Positions 9,347-16,818 of a DNA stretch of 24,000 bases are shown here, one piece after another. The notes beneath the pieces were generated by a model. The model ran no database searches. It saw only the letters and a list, made by a program, of their open reading frames with translations, and had not been told where the DNA came from. Numbering within the stretch: position 1 is the first letter of the stretch; each line of letters opens with the position of its first letter. The translations under genes and the position numbers were made by a program. This DNA comes from an uncultured Hyphomicrobium sp. (lineage in GTDB: Bacteria; Pseudomonadota; Alphaproteobacteria; Rhizobiales; Hyphomicrobiaceae), in the NCBI GenBank assembly GCA_964620915.1, contig CAZUKP010000045.1, forward strand, positions 237 through 24,236, written 5' to 3'.

Positions 9347-9967
9347 ATGACGGCTTATCGATTAGCCCGGACCGCCTCGGTACGGAGTGCGGCCGGGATC
9401 GTTTCAGCGGCATTCATCGCGTTGGTTCCTCACCTGGCGTTTGCACATGGCGGCCTCAGCATGGAGAAGGACCTGTGCAAGCTGTTCATTGGCCCCTACA
9501 CCATGCATTTCACGGGGTATCAGCCCCTGACCTCCGGCACGCAGGAATTTTGTGAGGATATCCCCAATGTCGGCGAAATTGTCGTCGTGCTCGACGCGGT
9601 CGATTCTTCGCTCAGGAAGGTTCCCATCGATGTGCGGATCATTCGCGATACCGGGGTGCCTGAAACTGAGCAGGATGACATTGAAAACGTGACCGTGATG
9701 CATCTTCCGGCCAAGGTTTACTCGTCTGGGACCGTTTCGCTGGAGCACACATTTCCAAAGCCCGGGAAGTTCGTGGGATTGGTCACCGCGGTCGATCCGA
9801 ACGGAACCTATGTCTCCAGATTCCCTTTTAGTGTAGCCAGGAGTTGGAGTTGGATGACGCCGTATCTTCTGATCGGAATCGTCGTTTTGGCGGGCGCCGG
9901 GCTTTACTGGTACTCCACCAATCTCCCCAAGATGAGGGCGGCGCGGGCTCTTAGGAAGGCCCGCTGA
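9347..9967 (+). CDS. Membrane-anchored periplasmic protein, candidate PmoD/AmoD/AmoE-like copper protein (hypothetical)
   Basis: 206 aa. Signal peptide ...LVPHLAFA|HGG (His at 9446-9448), a beta-rich soluble domain carrying a C-x8-M-H cluster (CKLFIGPYTMH), and a single C-terminal TM helix (MTPYLLIGIVVLAGAGLYWY) with a basic tail. Architecture and position directly after subunit B match orf4/orf5 (amoE/amoD) and pmoD. Sequence homology not verified. Confidence 0.6.
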   Translation: MTAYRLARTASVRSAAGIVSAAFIALVPHLAFAHGGLSMEKDLCKLFIGPYTMHFTGYQPLTSGTQEFCEDIPNVGEIVVVLDAVDSSLRKVPIDVRIIRDTGVPETEQDDIENVTVMHLPAKVYSSGTVSLEHTFPKPGKFVGLVTAVDPNGTYVSRFPFSVARSWSWMTPYLLIGIVVLAGAGLYWYSTNLPKMRAARALRKAR

Positions 9968-9971
9968 CAGC

Positions 9972-10940
9972 ATGCACGGGTGCTCGGAGCTGTTGCGCAT
10001 CGATCCCCGTGTCTGGTTCCAATGGCCGGTAATAGCGGTCCTGCTCGCCGGTTGTCTCCCCGGATCCGATTCTGATCAGTCTACAGCAGTTGCCGCCTTT
10101 GATTATGCCGCGGCAGAGCGCCGTGGGACTTGCGAGACGGGCGCGAAGCCGGGCGCAGGCGGCGCGACCGACGGATATACTGGCAGCGTCACTTACAATG
10201 TCAGGGCGCCGGCAAATTACGATCCTTCATTCGCCCATCCTCTACTTGTGGTCTACGCTGCTGCGGGAATGACCGCGGAGGAAAGTGAGGAGTTCACAGG
10301 CTTTACCAAAGCGGCGACACAAAACGGATGGATTGTTGCCTACGCTGACCACAAGCGCATGTCCGTTGAGGCTGTACGTGACTTGGCAAAGCTGCCGGCT
10401 GAAGTCAGCGAGAAGTGGTGCATCGACATGAGTCGCGTTTACGCGACGGGCCATTCTGACGGTGGTACCGTATCCACGGCGATCGCGCTCTTGGACGGGA
10501 CCCGGGACACTTTGGCTGGGATTGCACCGAGCGCTGCCGGATTCCGCAAGAGCGACTTTGAGACCTTCAAATGTCCGTCGGCCCCGTTTCCGGTCATGGT
10601 GATGCACGGCAGCTGGGATGTGGCGTTTTACGGCTGGGGTAAACAGGCGGCCGAGTGGTGGGCATCCTGCAATGGTTGCAGCATGAGTGAGGCGCCGCGT
10701 CCCCTCGGCGATGGATGCGTCGCGTATGACGGCTGCGCTCGGGATGGCCCGACGGTTTACTGCGAGGGCCCACGATTGCACAGCCAATGGCCCGGCCTGT
10801 CGGCGCAGATCATCGACTTTTTCGACGCCGTACACGGCCGCTCCGGTATGAGCACGCCATCAGCAGCCATAGAGAGGACGCACGCGTCTGCAATGAAACC
10901 CCACAAGGTTGCCCGGATAAAACGAAAAAGTCGGAGGTAA
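9972..10940 (+). CDS. Lipoprotein alpha/beta-hydrolase, polyhydroxybutyrate depolymerase / esterase (LpqC-like) family
   Basis: Lipobox VLLAGC near the N-terminus, nucleophile elbow GHSDGG (GxSxG), a later HG motif (MVMHGSWD) and a Cys-rich C-terminal region as seen in COG3509-type esterases. A TTG a few codons downstream is an alternative start. Confidence 0.65.
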   Translation: MHGCSELLRIDPRVWFQWPVIAVLLAGCLPGSDSDQSTAVAAFDYAAAERRGTCETGAKPGAGGATDGYTGSVTYNVRAPANYDPSFAHPLLVVYAAAGMTAEESEEFTGFTKAATQNGWIVAYADHKRMSVEAVRDLAKLPAEVSEKWCIDMSRVYATGHSDGGTVSTAIALLDGTRDTLAGIAPSAAGFRKSDFETFKCPSAPFPVMVMHGSWDVAFYGWGKQAAEWWASCNGCSMSEAPRPLGDGCVAYDGCARDGPTVYCEGPRLHSQWPGLSAQIIDFFDAVHGRSGMSTPSAAIERTHASAMKPHKVARIKRKSRR

Positions 10941-10945
10941 AACGA

Positions 10946-11332
10946 ATGTGGATCGTAAGGCGCGCCATGTTGGTCGGCAGTACCGCCGTGGCGCTGGTCG
11001 TAAACCTCATCTGTTCGCCCGATGCTTTTGCACACGCGCAATTGGTCAAGTCGGAACCTGCGCGTCGGGCCGTGATTAGTGAATCGCCTAAGCAAGTTAA
11101 GCTCTGGTTCAACGAGGAGATCGAAGGCGCCTACGCCACGCTCACGGTGCTCGACAGCAAGGAGAAAGCCATTACGGAGAATAGCCCTGAAGTTGCGGCC
11201 GACGATCCAAAGCTTCTCACCCTGGCAGTGCCAGCTTTGCCGCGGGGTAAATATGTCGTCAAGTATCGCGTTCTTTCCGTCGATGGCCACGTGGTGGAGT
11301 CGACTTACGACTTCACAATAAAAGGCAACTGA
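10946..11332 (+). CDS. copC: Periplasmic copper-binding protein CopC (Cu(II)-site-only type)
   Basis: ATG at 10946 has GGAGG 8 nt upstream. Signal peptide ...SPDAFA|HAQLVKSEP, with mature N-terminal His at 11033-11035. The D-x-H ligand motif is SVDGHVVES. The mature sequence contains no Met, so it lacks a Met-rich Cu(I) site. The 53-codon upstream extension in the ORF track overlaps the esterase gene. Confidence 0.9.
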   Translation: MWIVRRAMLVGSTAVALVVNLICSPDAFAHAQLVKSEPARRAVISESPKQVKLWFNEEIEGAYATLTVLDSKEKAITENSPEVAADDPKLLTLAVPALPRGKYVVKYRVLSVDGHVVESTYDFTIKGN

Positions 11333-11347
11333 CCAGAGTTTGTAACA

Positions 11348-13372
11348 ATGATCGAAGTCATCGGCGCGACCGCGAAATGGTTGCAGCTTGTCGCCAATAT
11401 GCTTCTCGTTGGGGCGTTTACGTTTTTCGCCATCACGGCATACGACCGTGCGGGTGTCGACAACCAATGGCTCGACCGCCTGGAGCGCGCTTTGCCCGGG
11501 TTGACGGTGGCCTCAGCCATTCTTCTTATCGTTGTTCTGGCGATTACGGCGGCCGAGGTCACTGACGTCGCCGGTAATGCGTTTAAGCCTGACGCGTGGT
11601 GGGGTGTCCTCAAGAACACTTGGCTCGGGAAGGTTTGGACGGCCCGCATGGGTCTAACGCTGCTTGTCCTCCTGCCCGCTACCGCCTACACACGCATCGC
11701 TCCGAGTGCCCGCTGGCGCTATTTGCTCTGCGCCGGAATTGCTGCGGCGGTGTTGGCGGCGGGAGCTTTTTCCAGCCACGCGGCGGCCGAGGAGGCGCCG
11801 TGGCTCGCTATCGGACCATACGCGCTTCACATTGTCCTAGCCGCTGTTTGGCTTGGCGGCCTGTCGGCCTTCCTCGCCGTGCTCTACGGCTCGTCTCCGC
11901 GCGAATCGCCGCGATCGCCTCAGAGTTATTCTGCCACCACTGCGATCACGCGCTTCTCCGCGATGGCGCTACCGGTGATGGCCGGCATCGTCGCAACCGG
12001 TCTGATAGTCGCCAACAACCAGATCGAGTCGCGATATGCCGCTCTCGTGTCCACCGACTATGGCTGGTTCTTGGTTAGCAAGCTCGGCTTGCTGTGCGCC
12101 ATCCTGGTCATCGCCTCCTACGCACGGTTCGCTTGGCTACCTTCGTTAGAGAAGGGAGATCCGGACGATTCGGCATGGCGCCCGCTTCGCACCGGCGTCA
12201 GCGTCGAGTTCGGGCTCGCCATCTTGCTTGTTCTTGCGGCGACGCTATGTGCGAGTTCGATACCAGCCAAGCATGCTGTGATCGACCAGTGGCCCTATTC
12301 GTTCCGCTTCTCGCTGAAAGCGACCCTGGAACTCCCGGAGACGATCACCAATCTCGTCGTAGCGGGCGTATTGGTCTTTGCAGCCGCGGCGGCGGCCGTC
12401 ACTTGGGTTGGCGGACGCGTGCGCTGGTCCCGCGCCGCCCTCAGTGCGAGCATTATTCTCACTGTCGCTTCGGCCTGCATGACGCTCTATGCCATCGCCA
12501 CGGCGGCAAGCGTCGACACCTACCGAGGCAGTGCAGTTCCTTTCGACGCTATTTCAATTGCGCGCGGCGCTCATCTCTTCGCCGAGAACTGCACGATGTG
12601 TCATGGACCCCAGGGAAAGGGCAATGGCCCGCTCGCTACCAGCCTTCCCAAAAGCCCGGCGGATTTGCTGACCGAGCCGCATACAGCAAGACATTTGGCC
12701 GGTGACCTTTATCACTGGATCAAGGTCGGCATTCCTGCGGGCGAAATGCCCGGCTTTGGTCACAAGCTCTCCGAGGACGACCGCTGGGACGTCGTCAACT
12801 TCTTGCATGTTGTATCGAGGGGGTACGAAAGCAGAATCTTGCGCACGCGTGTGGTGCCGGACAGCCCGTCGGAGAATCTCGGTGCGCCCGACTTCTCGTT
12901 CGTCGACCAGCATGGAAACTCGCACACGCTAAAGGACTACCGGGAGAAGAAATCCGTGCTGCTGGTGTTTTTCAAGTGGCCGGAGGCAGAAGAGCGCCTG
13001 AAGACGCTTCAGGCTCAATATGCAGCGATCCAGTCCAACGAAGCCGAGGTCATCGCTATCCCGTGGGGTGGCAGCGCCCCCGATCGGAGTTGGGCCGAAA
13101 AGTTGCCTTTTCCCGTCGCTCAGGGCAGCAGCGAAATCGGCGAGACATACGCAGCTTTCCGTCGGTCGCTCGGCCATCCGGACCTGTTCGGGGCTGGAAT
13201 AGTTCCAGATCGCATGGAGTTACTCGTGGACCGGTTCGGCTATCTGCGCGGACGCTGGCTCCCTGCCCAAGACGAAACGGGCTGGGACGACACCAACCGG
13301 CTCGTTGCACAGCTCGGCCAGCTTCGAAGCGAAGACGAGATCTTACCGCCTGCAGAAGACCACGTGCATTGA
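11348..13372 (+). CDS. copD: CopD-family inner-membrane protein fused to a class I c-type cytochrome domain and a C-terminal thioredoxin-fold (AhpC/TSA/redoxin-like) domain that lacks the CxxC cysteines
   Basis: 674 aa. About 10 predicted TM segments over the first 400 residues, immediately after copC. Heme motif CTMCH at residues 415-419 (12590-12604) with a downstream GEMPGFG candidate Met ligand. From about 12884 the pattern APDFSFVDQHGNSHTLKDYREKKSVLLVFFKWPEAEERL resembles TlpA/ResA/peroxiredoxin, but WCxxC is replaced by WPEAE. Confidence 0.85.
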   Translation: MIEVIGATAKWLQLVANMLLVGAFTFFAITAYDRAGVDNQWLDRLERALPGLTVASAILLIVVLAITAAEVTDVAGNAFKPDAWWGVLKNTWLGKVWTARMGLTLLVLLPATAYTRIAPSARWRYLLCAGIAAAVLAAGAFSSHAAAEEAPWLAIGPYALHIVLAAVWLGGLSAFLAVLYGSSPRESPRSPQSYSATTAITRFSAMALPVMAGIVATGLIVANNQIESRYAALVSTDYGWFLVSKLGLLCAILVIASYARFAWLPSLEKGDPDDSAWRPLRTGVSVEFGLAILLVLAATLCASSIPAKHAVIDQWPYSFRFSLKATLELPETITNLVVAGVLVFAAAAAAVTWVGGRVRWSRAALSASIILTVASACMTLYAIATAASVDTYRGSAVPFDAISIARGAHLFAENCTMCHGPQGKGNGPLATSLPKSPADLLTEPHTARHLAGDLYHWIKVGIPAGEMPGFGHKLSEDDRWDVVNFLHVVSRGYESRILRTRVVPDSPSENLGAPDFSFVDQHGNSHTLKDYREKKSVLLVFFKWPEAEERLKTLQAQYAAIQSNEAEVIAIPWGGSAPDRSWAEKLPFPVAQGSSEIGETYAAFRRSLGHPDLFGAGIVPDRMELLVDRFGYLRGRWLPAQDETGWDDTNRLVAQLGQLRSEDEILPPAEDHVH

Positions 13373-13425
13373 GCAGGCGGCATGGGCTTGGGAGCCCAAG
13401 AAACTAGGGAAGGAGAGTAAGGCGA

Positions 13426-13902
13426 ATGAAAGGAAAATGGATCGTTGCCCTCGTAGGCACGGTGCTCCTGTGGACGACGCCAGCGTGGTCGCACAGTGAC
13501 GAATTTTTCGACAGCAGACCTTCAGCCCATGGTGGTCAGACCCGCATGGCAGGCCCGTACCACCTCGAGCTCGTGCCCGGTAAGGACGAAGTAACCGTCT
13601 ATGTGACCAATCACATTGAACAGGATGTCCCGACGGCGGGCGGTGAAGGCAAGGTCGTTGTCAAGGCGAAGGAAGGCGACGTCACGATCATGCTGAAGCC
13701 TGCCGGCAATAACATGCTCAAGGGTAACGGCACGTTCACTCTCGACCAGGGCACGGTTATCGTGCTCTTCGTGAAGCTGCCGGAGCACGAGGCCCAGGCG
13801 GCCAGGTTCACGCCGCTGAAGCCCAAAGCCAGCGCTGCCAAGCCCGATGACGACAGCGCTCATGGCGACGGCCATGGTCATCATGATCACGATAGTCACT
13901 AA
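13426..13902 (+). CDS. Periplasmic His-rich protein, putative metal-binding protein/metallochaperone (hypothetical)
   Basis: RBS aaggagag upstream. Signal peptide ...TTPAWS|HSDE (His at 13492-13494), a beta-rich core (YHLELVPGKDEVTVYVTNH) and the C-terminal tail SAHGDGHGHHDHDSH. Confidence 0.75.
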   Translation: MKGKWIVALVGTVLLWTTPAWSHSDEFFDSRPSAHGGQTRMAGPYHLELVPGKDEVTVYVTNHIEQDVPTAGGEGKVVVKAKEGDVTIMLKPAGNNMLKGNGTFTLDQGTVIVLFVKLPEHEAQAARFTPLKPKASAAKPDDDSAHGDGHGHHDHDSH

Positions 13903-13950
13903 CCGGAGCCAGGCAGGATTTAGGAATCGTTCGAATGAAAGGAACGCAAG

Positions 13951-14358
13951 ATGACGAAAACTAGTGGAGCGTGCCTATGCGGAGCCGTGACGTATAACTT
14001 TGATGCTGAACCGCAAATGTTGGCGCTATGTCATTGCTCGCATTGCCAGAAAGCCACGGGCTCGGCCTTTTCGATGAACTTGGGAGTCCCGATCGAGAGC
14101 GTGCAAATGGAGGGAAAGCCGTCAGTGTATGAAGACGTCGGAACCTCCGGAGAACCGGTGCTGCGCATGTTCTGCGGCAAGTGCGGTTCAGCCATCGCGA
14201 CCGAAGCCAAGGCATTTCCGGGGGTTCTGTTCATAAAGGCTGGTACCCTCGACGATGTATCCAAACTGGAACCAGATATGGAGATCTGGACGGGCTCCTC
14301 GCAGGCATGGGTGTCGCCTTGCGCCAAGGCCAAGAGGTTCCCTGCCAATCCCGGCTAA
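13951..14358 (+). CDS. GFA family protein (glutathione-dependent formaldehyde-activating enzyme / CENP-V fold, Zn-Cys)
   Basis: 135 aa with the characteristic cysteine pattern GACLCGAV, CHCSHCQK and FCGKCGS. Confidence 0.85.
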   Translation: MTKTSGACLCGAVTYNFDAEPQMLALCHCSHCQKATGSAFSMNLGVPIESVQMEGKPSVYEDVGTSGEPVLRMFCGKCGSAIATEAKAFPGVLFIKAGTLDDVSKLEPDMEIWTGSSQAWVSPCAKAKRFPANPG

Positions 14359-14395
14359 TCGAAGAGAAGCGTTGCGGCGGCCTTGCTGAGCGAAC

Positions 14396-15328
14396 ATGCA
14401 CTCTCGGCCGCAAGGGGTCAGACCCAGCGCACCGGCGGAGATGTTCGAAGGGTTTGAGCACAAGCTGGTCGATGTGGATGGCATCCGCATCGCCTGCACC
14501 ATTGGCGGATCTGGTCCGCCCGTGCTTCTGCTGCATGGTTTTCCTCAGACCCGCGCGATGTGGGCCAAGGTCGCGCCGCAACTCGCCGAGTCTTACGCCG
14601 TTGTCTGCTCCGATCTCCGCGGCTATGGCGACTCGGACAAGCCGCAATGTCTGCCCGACCGGTCGAACTATTCTTTTCGAACCTTCGCTGCGGATCAGCT
14701 TGGCCTTATGCGCCAACTGGGTTTCGAACGATTTCACCTAATCGGGCATGATCGTGGCGGCCGCACCGGACACCGCCTTGCCCTGGATCACCCTGAGGCC
14801 CTGTTGAGCCTTGCCCTACTGGACATTGTGCCCACCCATTTGATGTTCACCCGAACCAATTGGGCCCTGGCCCAAGCCTATTGGCATTGGTATTTTCTCG
14901 CCCAGCCCGAGCCCCTCCCAGAGCGGCTGATTGGCGCCGACCCGGACTTCTTCTACGAGAGTTGTCTCGTTGGTTGGGGTGCAACGCCGCTGTCGGACTT
15001 CGATCCGGAGATGCTAGCCGAGTATCGTCGTGCCTGGCGGCACCCTGGCATGATTCACGGTTCCTGCGCAGACTACCGTGCCGCCTTTAGCCAAGATTTC
15101 GCCCACGATGACGCCGACATCGACAAGAAGGTCGCCTGCCCCACGCTCGTCCTCTACGGCGCGTCCGGAGTTATGGCGCAACTGTTCAACATTCCGGAGG
15201 AGTGGCGGAAACGGTGCAGCCGCGTAATGGAGGCTTCGTTGGAGGGCGGTCATTTTTTTGTGGATCATTTGCCGAATGAGGTCTCGCACCTGCTGCTATC
15301 GTTCCTCGGCGGCAGCGCAGATGACTAG
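14396..15328 (+). CDS. Alpha/beta-hydrolase of the fluoroacetate / haloacetate dehalogenase H-1 family (Asp nucleophile)
   Basis: [23 protein letters not shown], Asp-nucleophile elbow [11 protein letters not shown] including the two Arg, YWHWYF (His/Trp halide pocket), SCADYRA and GGHFFVD (catalytic His) match my recollection of characterised fluoroacetate dehalogenases (Burkholderia FAc-DEX FA1, R. palustris RPA1163). An alternative start is ATG 14441. Confidence 0.75.
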   Translation: MHSRPQGVRPSAPAEMFEGFEHKLVDVDGIRIACTIGGSGPPVLLLHGFPQTRAMWAKVAPQLAESYAVVCSDLRGYGDSDKPQCLPDRSNYSFRTFAADQLGLMRQLGFERFHLIGHDRGGRTGHRLALDHPEALLSLALLDIVPTHLMFTRTNWALAQAYWHWYFLAQPEPLPERLIGADPDFFYESCLVGWGATPLSDFDPEMLAEYRRAWRHPGMIHGSCADYRAAFSQDFAHDDADIDKKVACPTLVLYGASGVMAQLFNIPEEWRKRCSRVMEASLEGGHFFVDHLPNEVSHLLLSFLGGSADD

Positions 15329-15412
15329 CGTCGAGGATTGCTGAACAAGTGATTTGCCTAGTCGAGCGTCCAATTTTACATTGAGCGTGAAAGTGTTTAG
15401 AAGGCGGCGAGC

Positions 15413-16783
15413 ATGAGTATGTCTGGTGATATGGCGCCCACGGAGATCTCTGAATCCGATCGGCTTCAGCACGAAGTCGCTAAGCTCAAGAAGATCAATG
15501 CCGTTCTTATGCGGCGTGTTCAACAATCGACGGATCAACAGGTCAGCGCTTACTCCATATTTCAGACCGCAATTGCCCTTGAGGGCCAGGTGCGCGGCCG
15601 GACCGAAGATCTGAAGAACGCGCTGCTACGACTGGAACTCGCCAACAAAGATTTGTTGACGGCGCGTGACGCCGCCGAACGTGCCAACCGCTTCAAGACT
15701 CGCTTCTTTACGGCGGTCGGGCATGACCTGCTGCAACCGCTGCATGCGGCGCGATTATCGGTTAGCGCCCTTACCAATCCCGAAGTCACGCCGTATCAGG
15801 CAAGGTTGGTGAACGCGATTGATCACGCGCTCGCAACAATTGAGGAACTCCTGACACCCATTCTTGATATCTCGAAATTGGAAGCTGGCGTCATTACGCC
15901 AACTTTACGACCGATCGACCTGGACAGTTTGTTTCACTCTTTAGCTGTCGATATGGAGCCCCTAGCGAGGACCAAGAATCTCGCGCTTAGCTGGCAGTCC
16001 AATTCTCTGTGGGTCACGTCTGACCCGCTAATGCTGCGGCGGATGCTACAGAACCTGCTGGCAAACGCTGTGCAGTACACGCAACAAGGTGAGATCAACC
16101 TCATTGCGTGTTGGCATGGCGACAAGATCAAGATCGAGGTCTCCGACACGGGACCGGGCATTCCGCTGGCCGAGCGCAAGATGATATTCGAAGAATTTCA
16201 AAGGGGCCCCGCTACCGATCAGCCGGCAATAGGCGGGTTTGGTCTCGGTCTTTCGATTGTGGAACGCATGGCGGAAGCGCTCGGTCATCCGTTCAGCCTT
16301 TGGTCTGAACTTGGTCATGGCACGCGGTTCTCGATCATCGTGCCATCGGTGGCCAAGGTTTGTTCCGGTACCAAGAAATCCGAAGCGGCGGACCGCGCGC
16401 GTAGCCACGGCCTCGTCGGTGCCAAAGTACTGGTAATCGACAATGACGATCACGTGCTTGAAGCAATGCAAGCACTCTTGGAACGATGGTCTTGCGAGGT
16501 ACAGGCTCTCCGCAGCTTATCCGAACTCGACTCTGTCACCTCGTCACAGTCATTCCGGCCTGACATCGTGCTGGCCGATTATCATCTCGATCAAGGAGAG
16601 AATGGCTTAGCCGCGGTCAAACGTCTGCGGCAGATCATCAACCCGCGGCTACCTGCCGTGATGGTAACGGCTGACCGTTCAACAGCGGTCTCACTTAAAG
16701 CCAGTAGAGGTGGATGCGAACTGCTGTTGAAACCGATCAAGCCGGCGGAGCTGCGTGCGCTTATGGCGCATCTGTTGGGTTGA
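15413..16783 (+). CDS. Cytoplasmic hybrid sensor histidine kinase (coiled-coil N-terminus, HisKA, HATPase_c, C-terminal receiver)
   Basis: No TM segment. H-box FFTAVGHDLLQPL (His at 15722-15724), N/G boxes NLLANAVQYT, DTGPGIP and GFGLGLSIV, and receiver VLVIDNDDHVL...DIVLADYHLD...LLKPIKP. Confidence 0.88.
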   Translation: MSMSGDMAPTEISESDRLQHEVAKLKKINAVLMRRVQQSTDQQVSAYSIFQTAIALEGQVRGRTEDLKNALLRLELANKDLLTARDAAERANRFKTRFFTAVGHDLLQPLHAARLSVSALTNPEVTPYQARLVNAIDHALATIEELLTPILDISKLEAGVITPTLRPIDLDSLFHSLAVDMEPLARTKNLALSWQSNSLWVTSDPLMLRRMLQNLLANAVQYTQQGEINLIACWHGDKIKIEVSDTGPGIPLAERKMIFEEFQRGPATDQPAIGGFGLGLSIVERMAEALGHPFSLWSELGHGTRFSIIVPSVAKVCSGTKKSEAADRARSHGLVGAKVLVIDNDDHVLEAMQALLERWSCEVQALRSLSELDSVTSSQSFRPDIVLADYHLDQGENGLAAVKRLRQIINPRLPAVMVTADRSTAVSLKASRGGCELLLKPIKPAELRALMAHLLG

Positions 16784-16818
16784 GGAGCCCCGGTCTTTGC
16801 CGGGACCTGTTTTGCCGT

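Noticed and set aside
9404-11467. Minus-strand ORFs 9404..10000, 10242..10835 and 10757..11467
   Set aside because: They are antisense to the PmoD-like, esterase and copC/copD genes, which have signal peptides, an RBS or family motifs. The antisense products are Arg/Pro-rich with no motifs.
16788-16815. A possible bidirectional terminator between the convergent kinase and regulator genes
   Set aside because: Only a 5-bp stem (cccgg/ccggg) with a 6-nt loop and a short TTTT run. This is too weak to call.
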